Assembly: GCA_035573995.1 (NCBI GenBank)
Contig: DATLZM010000016.1
Location: 1 to 46,511 of the forward strand
Source: Actinomycetota bacterium
Lineage (GTDB): Bacteria; Actinomycetota; UBA4738; HRBIN12
Reading direction: 5' to 3'
DNA length: 46,511 bases
Shown: one piece after another, positions 22,970 through 30,916 of the stretch
Layout of the letters: each line of letters begins with the position of its first letter
Position numbering within the stretch: the stretch's first letter is position 1
Program-made: the position numbers and the translations under genes
The notes under the pieces: model-generated
What the model saw: the letters and a program-made list of their open reading frames with translations, nothing else
What the model was told of the DNA's origin: nothing
Databases searched by the model: none

Positions 22970-24448
22970 TCAGGAGGCAGGGGCCGGCGACGCGGCGCGG
23001 ATCCTGTCGATGAGCCCCGTCGTCGATCGGTCCTCGACGTAGGGGAGGATCTCGACCCGTCCCCCGAGCGCCTCCACGAGGGCCGCCTCAGGCAGGCGCT
23101 CCCTGGCGTAGTCCCCGCCCTTCACGTAGACGTCGGGCCGGATCGCGCGGATCAGCTCGAACGGGGCGTCCTCGTGGAACGCGACGATGTGGTCGATGCA
23201 GGAGAGGGCGGCGAGGACCTCCGCCCTGTCCTCCAGCGGATTGATCGGCCGCCCCGGGCCCTTCAGCCTCCGCACGCTGTCGTCGCCGTTCAGCGCGACG
23301 ATGAGCACGTCCCCCAACGCCTTCGCTCGGTTGAGGTAGGTGATGTGACCGCGGTGGAGGAGATCGAAGCAGCCGTTGGTGAACACGATCCGGCGCCCTT
23401 CCTCGCGGTACCTGGCGACGTGGTCCGCCAGCTCCCCCGGGCTCTGGAGGGCGCGGGGGGCCGCCGACAGTGAGGCCCGGAGCTCCTCGGCCCGACAGGC
23501 GGCGGTCCCCGCTTTGTCCACGACGAGCGCGGCGGCCGCCGAGGCAAGCTCCCCGGCCATCGGCGCTTCGGCGCCGGCCGCCAACGCGAGCGCGAAGGCG
23601 GCCGTGAAGGTGTCCCCGGCGCCCACCGCGCGCCAGTCCGGCCGCGGCCGGGCGTAGGTGCGGTGCGGCTGCCTCCCCCATTCGAAGACCATCGCACCGT
23701 CGGCATCGAGGGTCACGGCGGCGATCCGTGCGCCGACCGCCTCGAGCAGGCGGGGGCCTCGCCGCAGGAGGAAGGCCTCCCGCTCGCCCCTCCCCGGCCG
23801 GCCCCGGGCCCTGAGGACCGACAGGGCCTCGGTGAAGTTCGGCTTCACCGCGTCGGGGCCGACCATCCTGTACCGGCGGAGGTCCTTCGCGTCGACGATC
23901 AGCGGGCACGCATGGCTCCGCCGGACCGCCGCGAGGGCCGCCAGGACCGCATCCGACAGCACGCCGTAGCCGTAGTCCGAGACGATCACGACGTCCGTAG
24001 AACGGACCGCCTGTCGGAGTCCTCGCACGAGCCGCTCCTCGCTCACCGCCGCGATCGGGCCGATCGTCCCGCGGTCGAAGCGGACCAGCACCTGCGCGTC
24101 CGCGACGAGACGAGCCTTCACGAGCGTCCCCCGCCCCTCCTCCTCCACCAGCCCCCCGACTCCCACTCCGCGCTCCTCGAGCGCCCGGCGCAGCCGAACG
24201 GCCCCGTGGTCCGCCCCCACCACCGACAGGAAACGAACCTCACCGCCGAGCGCGGCGGCGTTCACCGCGGCGTTGCCGGCCCCACCGGGAACGTGGACCT
24301 CCTCCGTCACGTCCAGGATCGGCACCGGCGCCTCGCGGGACAGGCGGCGGACGGACCCCCGCAGGTAGGCGTCGAGGATCGCCTCCCCTACCACGAGGAC
24401 GCGCAGCCCCGAGATCCGTTCGAGGAGGCGTCCCAGTTCCCGGCTCAC
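22970..24448 (-). CDS. hldE: bifunctional D-beta-D-heptose 7-phosphate kinase / D-beta-D-heptose 1-phosphate adenylyltransferase
   Basis: Last 492 codons of ORF 22970..25294. Ribokinase-like half (VLVVGEAILDAY, PGGAGNAA, VGAGDTF) plus cytidylyltransferase half (VFTNGCFDLLHRGHITYL, YVKGGDY). GTG 24448 overlaps the upstream stop (GTGA). Confidence 0.9.
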   Translation of the reverse strand: MSRELGRLLERISGLRVLVVGEAILDAYLRGSVRRLSREAPVPILDVTEEVHVPGGAGNAAVNAAALGGEVRFLSVVGADHGAVRLRRALEERGVGVGGLVEEEGRGTLVKARLVADAQVLVRFDRGTIGPIAAVSEERLVRGLRQAVRSTDVVIVSDYGYGVLSDAVLAALAAVRRSHACPLIVDAKDLRRYRMVGPDAVKPNFTEALSVLRARGRPGRGEREAFLLRRGPRLLEAVGARIAAVTLDADGAMVFEWGRQPHRTYARPRPDWRAVGAGDTFTAAFALALAAGAEAPMAGELASAAAALVVDKAGTAACRAEELRASLSAAPRALQSPGELADHVARYREEGRRIVFTNGCFDLLHRGHITYLNRAKALGDVLIVALNGDDSVRRLKGPGRPINPLEDRAEVLAALSCIDHIVAFHEDAPFELIRAIRPDVYVKGGDYARERLPEAALVEALGGRVEILPYVEDRSTTGLIDRIRAASPAPAS

Positions 24449-25431
24449 CGCACCCTCCCGGCGGTGAGCGATGCCCCTGGGGCCAGCCCGCCGGCCGCGT
24501 CGGCGAAGGCGCGGTTCCACCGGCGGCAGAACCGCCCCAGGTCGAACCGCTCCAGGGCGTGCCGCCTCGCGGCCTCCCCCAGCCGACGGGCCAAGCCATG
24601 ATCGGCGAGCAGCTCCCGCATCCGTGCCACGAGGACCCCCGGATCCGTGTGGACGAAGCCGGACACCCCGTCGCGGACCACCGTGGCAATCTCGGTGGTC
24701 GCGAGCGCCACGACGGGCGCCCCGATCATCATGGCCTCGCACACGGCGAGGCCGAGGCTCGTGTACCGGGCCGGGTGGAAGAAGAAGCGGCGCTCGGCGA
24801 TCCGGGGGGCCACCTGATCGTGCGGCACCGGGCCATGTCCCCCGACCGCTTCGGAGCCCATCCCGAACAGGTCCAGCGGTACCGTCCGCGACGCGGCGAG
24901 GAACAGGTCCAACCCGGCCCGCCTGCCGCGCCGCGCGATCTCGTTCATCACGACGACCCCGCGGGGGACGTACCCCAAGTACCGGACGCCGGGGGAGGGG
25001 GGAACCCCGTGCTCGATCACCCGGGTCGGGGTCCGACCGCTGTCCCACATCAGATCGTTGAACGCCGTGACGTGGACCAGGAGCACGTCGGGGTCGTCGA
25101 CAGGATGCCGGGCGTCGGTCGGATGTTCCCTCGGCGGGTCGTGCTCGACGTAGACCCGGGGGAGGCGGCGCTGCGATGGCGACAGGATCTCGAACTGGTC
25201 GACGAGGTAGTTCCGGCGCGACTGGAAGAGCACGAGATCGAATCGCTCCCTCCGGACGTCTTCGGCCGCGACCTCCCGGACCGTCGCGGGCCACGGGAAG
25301 GTGCCGGCCCGTCCGAGGTATCCCTCGGGGCGCCCGGGCTTCACGGGTAGGAGGAAGTCATGACCCGTGTGGGCCAGGGCGTACAGGTAGCTGCCGTGGA
25401 CGTGCCAGGTCAGGATCCGGAGCCTCTGCAC
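24445..25431 (-). CDS. GT4 (GT-B) glycosyltransferase
   Basis: ORF 24445..25527. RILTWHVHGSYLY N-terminus, and FHPARYTSLGLAVCEAMMIGAPVVA (E-x7-E region). The start is uncertain. GTG 25431 with GGGGAGG upstream is preferred over the TTG at 25527, which lies upstream of a promoter-like element. Confidence 0.75.
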   Translation of the reverse strand: MQRLRILTWHVHGSYLYALAHTGHDFLLPVKPGRPEGYLGRAGTFPWPATVREVAAEDVRRERFDLVLFQSRRNYLVDQFEILSPSQRRLPRVYVEHDPPREHPTDARHPVDDPDVLLVHVTAFNDLMWDSGRTPTRVIEHGVPPSPGVRYLGYVPRGVVVMNEIARRGRRAGLDLFLAASRTVPLDLFGMGSEAVGGHGPVPHDQVAPRIAERRFFFHPARYTSLGLAVCEAMMIGAPVVALATTEIATVVRDGVSGFVHTDPGVLVARMRELLADHGLARRLGEAARRHALERFDLGRFCRRWNRAFADAAGGLAPGASLTAGRVR

Positions 25432-25517
25432 AGCCTCCCCCAGGTCGATCCGGAGGGAAGGATTCCCCCGGGAAGGAGAGGGAAACGGCCTAGCGCGGGT
25501 CGCCGACCGCCGGAGGA

Positions 25518-25535
25518 ACCGTTCCAAGGAACGGT
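25518..25535 (-). terminator. hairpin abutting the dps stop codon (possible terminator)
   Basis: ACCGTTCC-AA-GGAACGGT perfect inverted repeat (effectively a 7-bp stem with a 4-nt loop). No clear U-tract. Confidence 0.3.
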
Positions 25536-26029
25536 CACGCCAGCTGGGCCCGGAGCATCCAGAGGTGCTTCTCGAGGCCCCGGGCCATCTCCAGCGCCAG
25601 GTCCTGGGTGGCCAGGTCGAGCCTTCCCAGGTCCTCCAGGCTCTGGCGCAACCGGACCACCACCCGCTCCACCCGCTCGGACATCAACCGCACCGCCTCC
25701 GCATCAGCCAGCCAGCCCGTCGGGAACGACGGGGTGGCCGACCGGGCGGCCACCGTCTCGGGCCGCCCGTCCACGGTGATCCCGAGGGTGACGGCACGCT
25801 CCGCGACCAGGTCGGCCCATGCCCTCGCATCGTCCACGATCCGGTCGAGCTGCTCGTGGACCGGGGCGAAATGCTCCCCCGTCACGTGCCAGTGCGCCTG
25901 CTTCCCGTCGAGGGAGAGGGCCACCAGGTCCACCAGCATGCTCTGGAGCTCTCCTCCCAACCGGTCACGGTCGGGGAGAGCGACCTCCGGGATGCCCATC
26001 CCCTGCATCCTCGTCCCCGCCATCGCCAT
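25535..26029 (-). CDS. dps: Dps (DNA starvation/stationary-phase protection, ferritin-like)
   Basis: LQSMLVDLVALSLDGKQAHWHVTGEHFAPVHEQLD...DLVAERAVTLG is the Dps signature. AAGGAGG upstream. Start is at 26029 or 26023. Confidence 0.85.
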   Translation of the reverse strand: MAMAGTRMQGMGIPEVALPDRDRLGGELQSMLVDLVALSLDGKQAHWHVTGEHFAPVHEQLDRIVDDARAWADLVAERAVTLGITVDGRPETVAARSATPSFPTGWLADAEAVRLMSERVERVVVRLRQSLEDLGRLDLATQDLALEMARGLEKHLWMLRAQLA

Positions 26030-26181
26030 CCACCTCCTTCTCAAGGCCTTCCCCGCTCTCATACCAACCGGCCTGCCCGCCGACCGCCCGCCGGGCTACG
26101 CCGGTGCACGTCGGAGACAGGCGGGCGGGCGATGCCACCTCTACTTGGGTCCGTATGGGCAGTCGGTTCGGCCCCAACCTC

Positions 26182-26598
26182 CTAGGCCTCCTCTTCCTCC
26201 TCGAGGTAGCTGTCCCGGGCCCGATCCACCCCCCCGGGCGCCTCCTGGTCCACCCGAACGGCGGCCTCCTCGGCGGAGCGCCCTGGGCTCCCTTCGACCT
26301 CCTCCGCCGCCAGGTCCTTCTCCTCGTCCGGGCCGCCGCCCCCCTCCTCCACGAGCTGACCGGCCTCTGGGCGCCCGCCCCGCGGCTCTCTACCCCGTCG
26401 CTCCCAGGAGATCCGCTCGTCGAACGACGGTCCCTCGCGGTGCTCGCGTGCCGTGGTCCCGCGCCGGTCCGCCGCCTGCGGCCGGTCCGCCGGAGGGATG
26501 AGCCCCTCCTGGGCGTCGCCCGTGGCCTCCTTGGAGGGCAACGGCCCCGCGTGGTCGGGGATGCCCTCGTCCTCGAGCCGGGGGTCTTCCGAGCTCAC
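26182..26598 (-). CDS. acidic, disordered conserved actinobacterial protein (DUF5709-like, from memory)
   Basis: ORF 26182..26598. EDEGIPD...PL...TGD.QEGLIPPADRP...GTTA.E...GPSFDERI pattern. Start overlaps the upstream stop by 4 nt. Confidence 0.65.
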   Translation of the reverse strand: MSSEDPRLEDEGIPDHAGPLPSKEATGDAQEGLIPPADRPQAADRRGTTAREHREGPSFDERISWERRGREPRGGRPEAGQLVEEGGGGPDEEKDLAAEEVEGSPGRSAEEAAVRVDQEAPGGVDRARDSYLEEEEEA

Positions 26599-26969
26599 GA
26601 TAGCCCGACCCCCGAGGCGGCGGATCGCTCCACCCGCGCCTGGTCAGCCAGGCAGAAGCGGGCCGCGGGCCGTGCCTCCAGCCGGACAGGATCGATCTCC
26701 CTGCCGCACAGCTCGCATCGGCCGTACGTCCCGCCCTCGAGCTTCCGGAGGGCCGCCTCGACGTCGGCGATCTGGGCACGCAGCTGCTGCAGCACCGCGA
26801 GCTCCTTCTCTCGCTCGAACGTGTCGCTTCCCGCGTCGGCCGGGTGCTGGTCCGCCGCGGAGAGAGGTCTCCCACCTCCCTCCGCCTCCCGCTCGGAGAG
26901 GCCGGCGGCGAGCGCGAGGAGCCGCCGACGCTCCTCCTCGAGCGCCCGTCGCACGGCGGCCGCGTCCAT
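26595..26969 (-). CDS. DksA/TraR-family C4 zinc-finger protein
   Basis: Last 124 codons of ORF 26595..27182. Coiled-coil N-terminus, then GTYGRCELCGREIDPVRLEARPAARFC. Confidence 0.8.
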   Translation of the reverse strand: MDAAAVRRALEEERRRLLALAAGLSEREAEGGGRPLSAADQHPADAGSDTFEREKELAVLQQLRAQIADVEAALRKLEGGTYGRCELCGREIDPVRLEARPAARFCLADQARVERSAASGVGLS

Positions 26970-26974
26970 CGTCC

Positions 26975-27205
26975 TCACGGAGCGTCGCTGCCCGGGGGAA
27001 CGTCGCACCGGGCGCCGAGGCGGTCCAGCACGTCCGTGAAGCCCGGGCTGTCCTCGGCCGGGAGGAGGGCGGGATGGACGTGGCCCGCTGTGCAGCGGCG
27101 GAAGACGACCTCCACCGGGCCGTCCGAACTCTCGAACACCCGGAAGGACTCCGGACTCGCGGGCCGTCCACACGATCCGCATCGCGTGTTCACGTCAGCT
27201 TCCAT
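26975..27205 (-). CDS. small Cys/His-containing hypothetical protein
   Basis: From ATG 27205 within ORF 26975..27259: MEADVNTRCGSCGRP...FRRCTAGHVHP. High GC3. Its stop lies 5 nt before the DksA-like start. Confidence 0.5.
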   Translation of the reverse strand: MEADVNTRCGSCGRPASPESFRVFESSDGPVEVVFRRCTAGHVHPALLPAEDSPGFTDVLDRLGARCDVPPGSDAP

Positions 27206-27293
27206 ACCCACTTCGGTCTGGGAGACACCCACTCGTCGCGGGCCGGCCGACCCGTGCATCGAGGCACCGCGCGACGGGTAAGCAGCCGGGGCG

Positions 27294-28310
27294 ATGGGGA
27301 GGATCCGGAGATCGGACCCGGCCGCCCCAGGGATCCGGCGTCGGCGGAACGGCCGGGGCTTCCGCTACCTCGATCCCAGGGGTCGGACGGTGCGCGATCC
27401 GGATGCTTTGTCGAGGATCCGCTCGCTCGGCATCCCGCCCGGCTGGCGCGACGTGTGGATCGCCCCCGATCCTCACGGGCACCTGCAGGCCATGGGGATC
27501 GACCAGGCGGGGCGGCGCCAGTACCTGTACCACCCGGAGTGGCGACTGCGTCGCGACGCCGAGAAGTTCGAGCGGATGGTGCGGTTCGCCCACGTGCTGC
27601 CCACGCTCCGAGACCGGATCGAGGCGGACACCGCGGAGGAGGGGTTGTCCCGGGAGCGCGTCCTGGCCTGCGCCGTCCGGCTCCTCGACGTCGGGCTCTT
27701 CCGGGTGGGGACCGAGGAGTACGCATCGCGGAACGGGTCGATCGGTCTCGCCACGCTCGAGCGGCGCCACGTCCGGCGGTGCGGCGAGCGGTTGGTGTTC
27801 GACTATCCAGCCAAGGGCGGGATCCGCCGGGTGCTCGAGGTGGAGGACCCGGCGGTCGCCGAGGTCCTCGGTTCGCTCAAGCGCCGCCGGGCGGGTGCGC
27901 AGCTCCTCGCCTACCGCGAGGGTCGGCGCTGGACGGAGATCCGGGCGGCTGACATCAACGGGTACATCAAGCAGCACGCCGGCGAGGAGTTCTCGGCGAA
28001 GGACTTCCGCACCTGGCACGGGACCGTCCTCGCCGCCGTGGCGCTCGCCGAGGCGGGGCCCACGCGCTCGCGCCGGGGCCAGACGCGGGCGATCGCCGGA
28101 GCCATGCGGCGGGTGGCCAGGTACCTGGGGAACACCCCGGCCGTGGCGCGCCGCTCCTACGTGGATCCCCGCGTGATCGACCGGTTCCGCTCCGGGTGGA
28201 CGATCCCCGCGGAGACCCTCGACGACTCCGACGATCTCCGGCTCGGGCCGGCCGTGGAGCGCGCCGTGCTGGACCTCCTGCAGGAGGAGGCCCCGGCTCG
28301 GGCCGCCTGA
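27294..28310 (+). CDS. DNA topoisomerase IB (poxvirus-like bacterial type)
   Basis: GFRYLDPRG, IPPGWRDVWI, QAMGIDQAGRRQYLYHPEW, FSAKDFRTWHGT, and the active-site region NTPAVARRSYVDP. Confidence 0.9.
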   Translation: MGRIRRSDPAAPGIRRRRNGRGFRYLDPRGRTVRDPDALSRIRSLGIPPGWRDVWIAPDPHGHLQAMGIDQAGRRQYLYHPEWRLRRDAEKFERMVRFAHVLPTLRDRIEADTAEEGLSRERVLACAVRLLDVGLFRVGTEEYASRNGSIGLATLERRHVRRCGERLVFDYPAKGGIRRVLEVEDPAVAEVLGSLKRRRAGAQLLAYREGRRWTEIRAADINGYIKQHAGEEFSAKDFRTWHGTVLAAVALAEAGPTRSRRGQTRAIAGAMRRVARYLGNTPAVARRSYVDPRVIDRFRSGWTIPAETLDDSDDLRLGPAVERAVLDLLQEEAPARAA

Positions 28311-28336
28311 GCCTCGCCGCCGTCCCCGCCCCCCTC

Positions 28337-28362
28337 GTTTCGCCACGATCTCGCTCGGGTAG
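28337..28362 (+). promoter_or_regulatory. SigB/SigF-type promoter-like element (GTTT-N16-GGGTAG)
   Basis: GTTT at 28337-28340 and GGGTAG at 28357-28362. Lies just after the topoisomerase stop and 277 nt upstream of the LLM oxidoreductase start. Confidence 0.45.
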
Positions 28363-28638
28363 GGTGGGCGAGACGGGGCCCAGGCCAGGGATCGATCGAC
28401 CGCACCGCTCCAAGGAGCTTGGCGTGAGGGGCGGTCGGCGAGGGGGCCGGACCGGCCTGGACGGGGTCCGGCGACGGACGCTGAGCGCGGGCCGCCCCGA
28501 GGACCCGTGGACGAGATCCTCATCGGCTCCGGCGGGTGCGCGACCTGCTCCGCCTGCCGGGCAGCCCGACGAAAGGACACGACGGGCCGGCGAGCCAGCC
28601 GGTCGCAGGCGAGATCGGAGACAGGGAGGCGAGGGCCG

Positions 28639-29664
28639 ATGGAGCTTGGGTACACCCTCTCGAGCGAGGAGCACCCCGGGAGCCGTCTGGTGGAGCTGGC
28701 ACGCCGGGCCGAGCAAGCGGGGTTCACCTTCGCCAGCATCTCCGATCACTACCACCCCTGGATCGACCGCCAGGGCAACAGCCCGTTCGCGTGGTCGGTG
28801 TTGGGGGGAGTCGCCCAGGCGACGGAGCGGCTCGAGTTGATGACCGGTGTGACCTGCCCGACGATGCGGATCCACCCCGCGATCGTCGCGCAGGCCGCGG
28901 CGACCGTCGCCGAGATGATGCCGGGCCGGTTCACCCTCGGCCTGGGGACGGGCGAGGCGCTCAACGAGCACATCCTCGGGGATCCCTGGCCCTCGCCCGA
29001 GGTGCGCCTGGAGATGCTCGAGGAAGCGATCGAGGTGATCCGCTCGCTGTGGGAGGGCCAGGTCCTCACGTTCCACGGGGCGTACTACGACGTAGAGCGG
29101 GCCCGCCTCTACACGCTCCCGCCCGAGCCGCCGCTGATCGTCGTCGCCGCCTCGGGGCCGGCGTCCGCCACCCTCGCCGCCTCGGTGGCCGACGGGATCC
29201 TCACCACCACCCCTGACCCCCGGCTCCTCGAGCGCTACCGACTGGCCGGGGGGGCCGGCCGCATCTACGGGCAACTCCACGTCTGCTGGGCGGAGACGGT
29301 CGCCGAGGCTCGACGCACCGCGAAGGAGTGGTGGCCGACGGCCGGGCTCCCGGGCGCACTCGGGACGGAACTGCCGCTCCCCCGCCACTTCGAGCAGGCG
29401 GCGCAGCTCGTCACCGAGGAGGACCTCGCCCGGTCCGTCGTATGCGACCCGGACCCGGCCGCGCACCTCGAGGCGATCGGGCGCTTCGCGGGGGCCGGGT
29501 TCGAGCGGCTCTCCATCCATCAGGTGGGGCCGGACCAGGAGGGCTTCTTCCGCTTCTACGAGGCGGAGGTCCTGCCGCGGGCGGGCTCGGTCGCGGCCTC
29601 AGCGGACGGGCGGGCGCGTGGCGCTGGGAGGGTGGAAGATCCGCGGCTCACCGGCGAGTCTTGA
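28639..29664 (+). CDS. LLM-class F420-dependent oxidoreductase (TIGR03557-like, from memory)
   Basis: ATG 28639 with GGGAGG upstream. MELGYTLSSEEH, ISDHYHPW, GLGTGEALNEHILG, LWEG..L.F.G.YY. Confidence 0.85.
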   Translation: MELGYTLSSEEHPGSRLVELARRAEQAGFTFASISDHYHPWIDRQGNSPFAWSVLGGVAQATERLELMTGVTCPTMRIHPAIVAQAAATVAEMMPGRFTLGLGTGEALNEHILGDPWPSPEVRLEMLEEAIEVIRSLWEGQVLTFHGAYYDVERARLYTLPPEPPLIVVAASGPASATLAASVADGILTTTPDPRLLERYRLAGGAGRIYGQLHVCWAETVAEARRTAKEWWPTAGLPGALGTELPLPRHFEQAAQLVTEEDLARSVVCDPDPAAHLEAIGRFAGAGFERLSIHQVGPDQEGFFRFYEAEVLPRAGSVAASADGRARGAGRVEDPRLTGES

Positions 29665-30109
29665 TCCGCTCGGGCTCCTCTTCCCCGAGGCGCTTGAGGA
29701 TCTCGTCGACCTTCCGCTCGATCCGGTCGGAGCCGTCCTTCGACTCGGCGCTCCCCCGGTGGATCAGGACCGCGGACATCACGACGAACGAGAAGAGCTG
29801 CAGGAACTCCGACTGCCAGTTCTCCAGCGTGCTCTGCCCGAACTCCACGACGAAGTCCCGGACCGCAGCGGGTTCGCCGTGGGCCACCTGCTCCTGCTGG
29901 AAGCGGTCCCATTCGGCGACCGCCTGTGCGCTCCAGCTCAGGAGGAACAGGAGGCAGAACCCGATCGAGAGGCCGAAGTTCCGCCAGATCCTCCGGACGT
30001 TGTTCGTCCTCCGCTGCTGAAGGACGCTCTGGACGAGGCTCCCCACCAGGTACACGGTCACCCCCAGGAGCACGGCCACGGTCCAGACCACGATGAAGAT
30101 GTCGAACAT
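29648..30109 (-). CDS. small membrane protein (DUF6766-like, from memory)
   Basis: ATG 30109 with GGAGGAGG upstream. Three hydrophobic helices and the ENWQSEFLQ motif. The 3' end overlaps the convergent LLM gene by 17 nt. Confidence 0.7.
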   Translation of the reverse strand: MFDIFIVVWTVAVLLGVTVYLVGSLVQSVLQQRRTNNVRRIWRNFGLSIGFCLLFLLSWSAQAVAEWDRFQQEQVAHGEPAAVRDFVVEFGQSTLENWQSEFLQLFSFVVMSAVLIHRGSAESKDGSDRIERKVDEILKRLGEEEPERIKTRR

Positions 30110-30236
30110 GGGAACCTCCTCCCATCCGACCGCCACGGGATGCGGCGTCGTTCCTCGCTGCCTATGCCCGAACGGCGGGGGCGGCAAACGGCGAGGTTGC
30201 AGGGCGCGGATCGGGGGTACGGAAGGATCCGTGGGG

Positions 30237-30869
30237 ATGGGATCCGCCCCAGCCGACCTGATCCCCCCACGGCCCACGATCGCCGGGCTGCGGGAGGTCG
30301 CGGCGGCCTGCCGGGCCTGCGAGCTCTGGCGCCGGGGCACCAGGACCGTCTTCGGGGAAGGTCCGGCGCCCGCCGCCGTGATGCTCCTCGGCGAGCAGCC
30401 AGGGGACCGGGAGGACCGGGTGGGCCGACCGTTCGTGGGGCCCGCGGGAAAGCTGCTGGACCGCCTCCTCGACGCCTCGGGGATCGACCGCCGTACGGCG
30501 TACCTCACCAACGTGGTGAAGCACTTCAACTGGGAACCGAGGGGGAAGCGCAGGATCCACCGCAGGCCGACGAAGGTCCACGTGGCCGCCTGCCGCCCCT
30601 GGCTCGAGGCCGAGCTCGTCGTCGTCCGGCCGACGATCGTGGTGTGCCTGGGAGCGACCGCCGCGGCGGCGCTCCTCGGCCGTCCCGTCCGCCTGGCGGA
30701 GGAGCGGGGGAAGGTGTTCGCCGGGCCGATCGAACCGCCCGTGCTCCTGACCGCGCACCCATCCTCGATCCTGCGGATCGATGACGATCGGGCGCGCCGT
30801 GAGGCCTTCGATGCGCTCGTGCGCGACCTCCGGGTCGCGGCCCGGCGGATCGCGGCGGGTCACGTATAG
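30237..30869 (+). CDS. UdgX-type family-4 uracil-DNA glycosylase-like protein (covalent uracil-DNA binding type)
   Basis: CRACELW (Fe-S Cys), GEQPGDREDRVGRPFVGPAG (motif A), HFNWEPRGKRRIHRRP with KRRIH at 30546-30560, and HPSS. Aligns by eye along its whole length with M. smegmatis UdgX as I remember it. Confidence 0.85.
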   Translation: MGSAPADLIPPRPTIAGLREVAAACRACELWRRGTRTVFGEGPAPAAVMLLGEQPGDREDRVGRPFVGPAGKLLDRLLDASGIDRRTAYLTNVVKHFNWEPRGKRRIHRRPTKVHVAACRPWLEAELVVVRPTIVVCLGATAAAALLGRPVRLAEERGKVFAGPIEPPVLLTAHPSSILRIDDDRARREAFDALVRDLRVAARRIAAGHV

Positions 30870-30916
30870 CGGATCCCGTCCCAGGGTAGGGACCGGAGCG
30901 AGGAGGGAGGCCATCG

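Noticed and set aside
25432-25527. TTG 25527 as the start of the GT4 gene.
   Set aside because: The extension (MERFLRRSATRARPFPSPSRG...) is not GT-like. It also overlaps the dps terminator-like hairpin and a promoter-like element. GTG 25431 sits just before the conserved RILTWHVHG N-terminus. The call remains uncertain.
27204-27281. GGGTAT (27209-27204, minus strand) and GGGTAA (27276-27281, plus strand) as further SigB/F-type -10 boxes in the TopIB / DksA-operon divergent region.
   Set aside because: The first overlaps the predicted ATG of the small gene. Neither has a GTTT-like -35 at 15-17 nt. They are treated as chance -10-only matches.
28507-28638. Upstream start at 28507 for the LLM oxidoreductase.
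   Set aside because: The 44-residue extension is Cys/Arg/Ser-rich and non-conserved-looking. ATG 28639 has a GGGAGG box and begins with the family-typical MELGYTLSSEEH.
28363-28638. Tried to match the long leader to known riboswitch classes (TPP, cobalamin, glycine, c-di-AMP/ydaO, guanidine, ZTP).
   Set aside because: I could not find the conserved core boxes I remember for any of them. A covariance-model search is needed.
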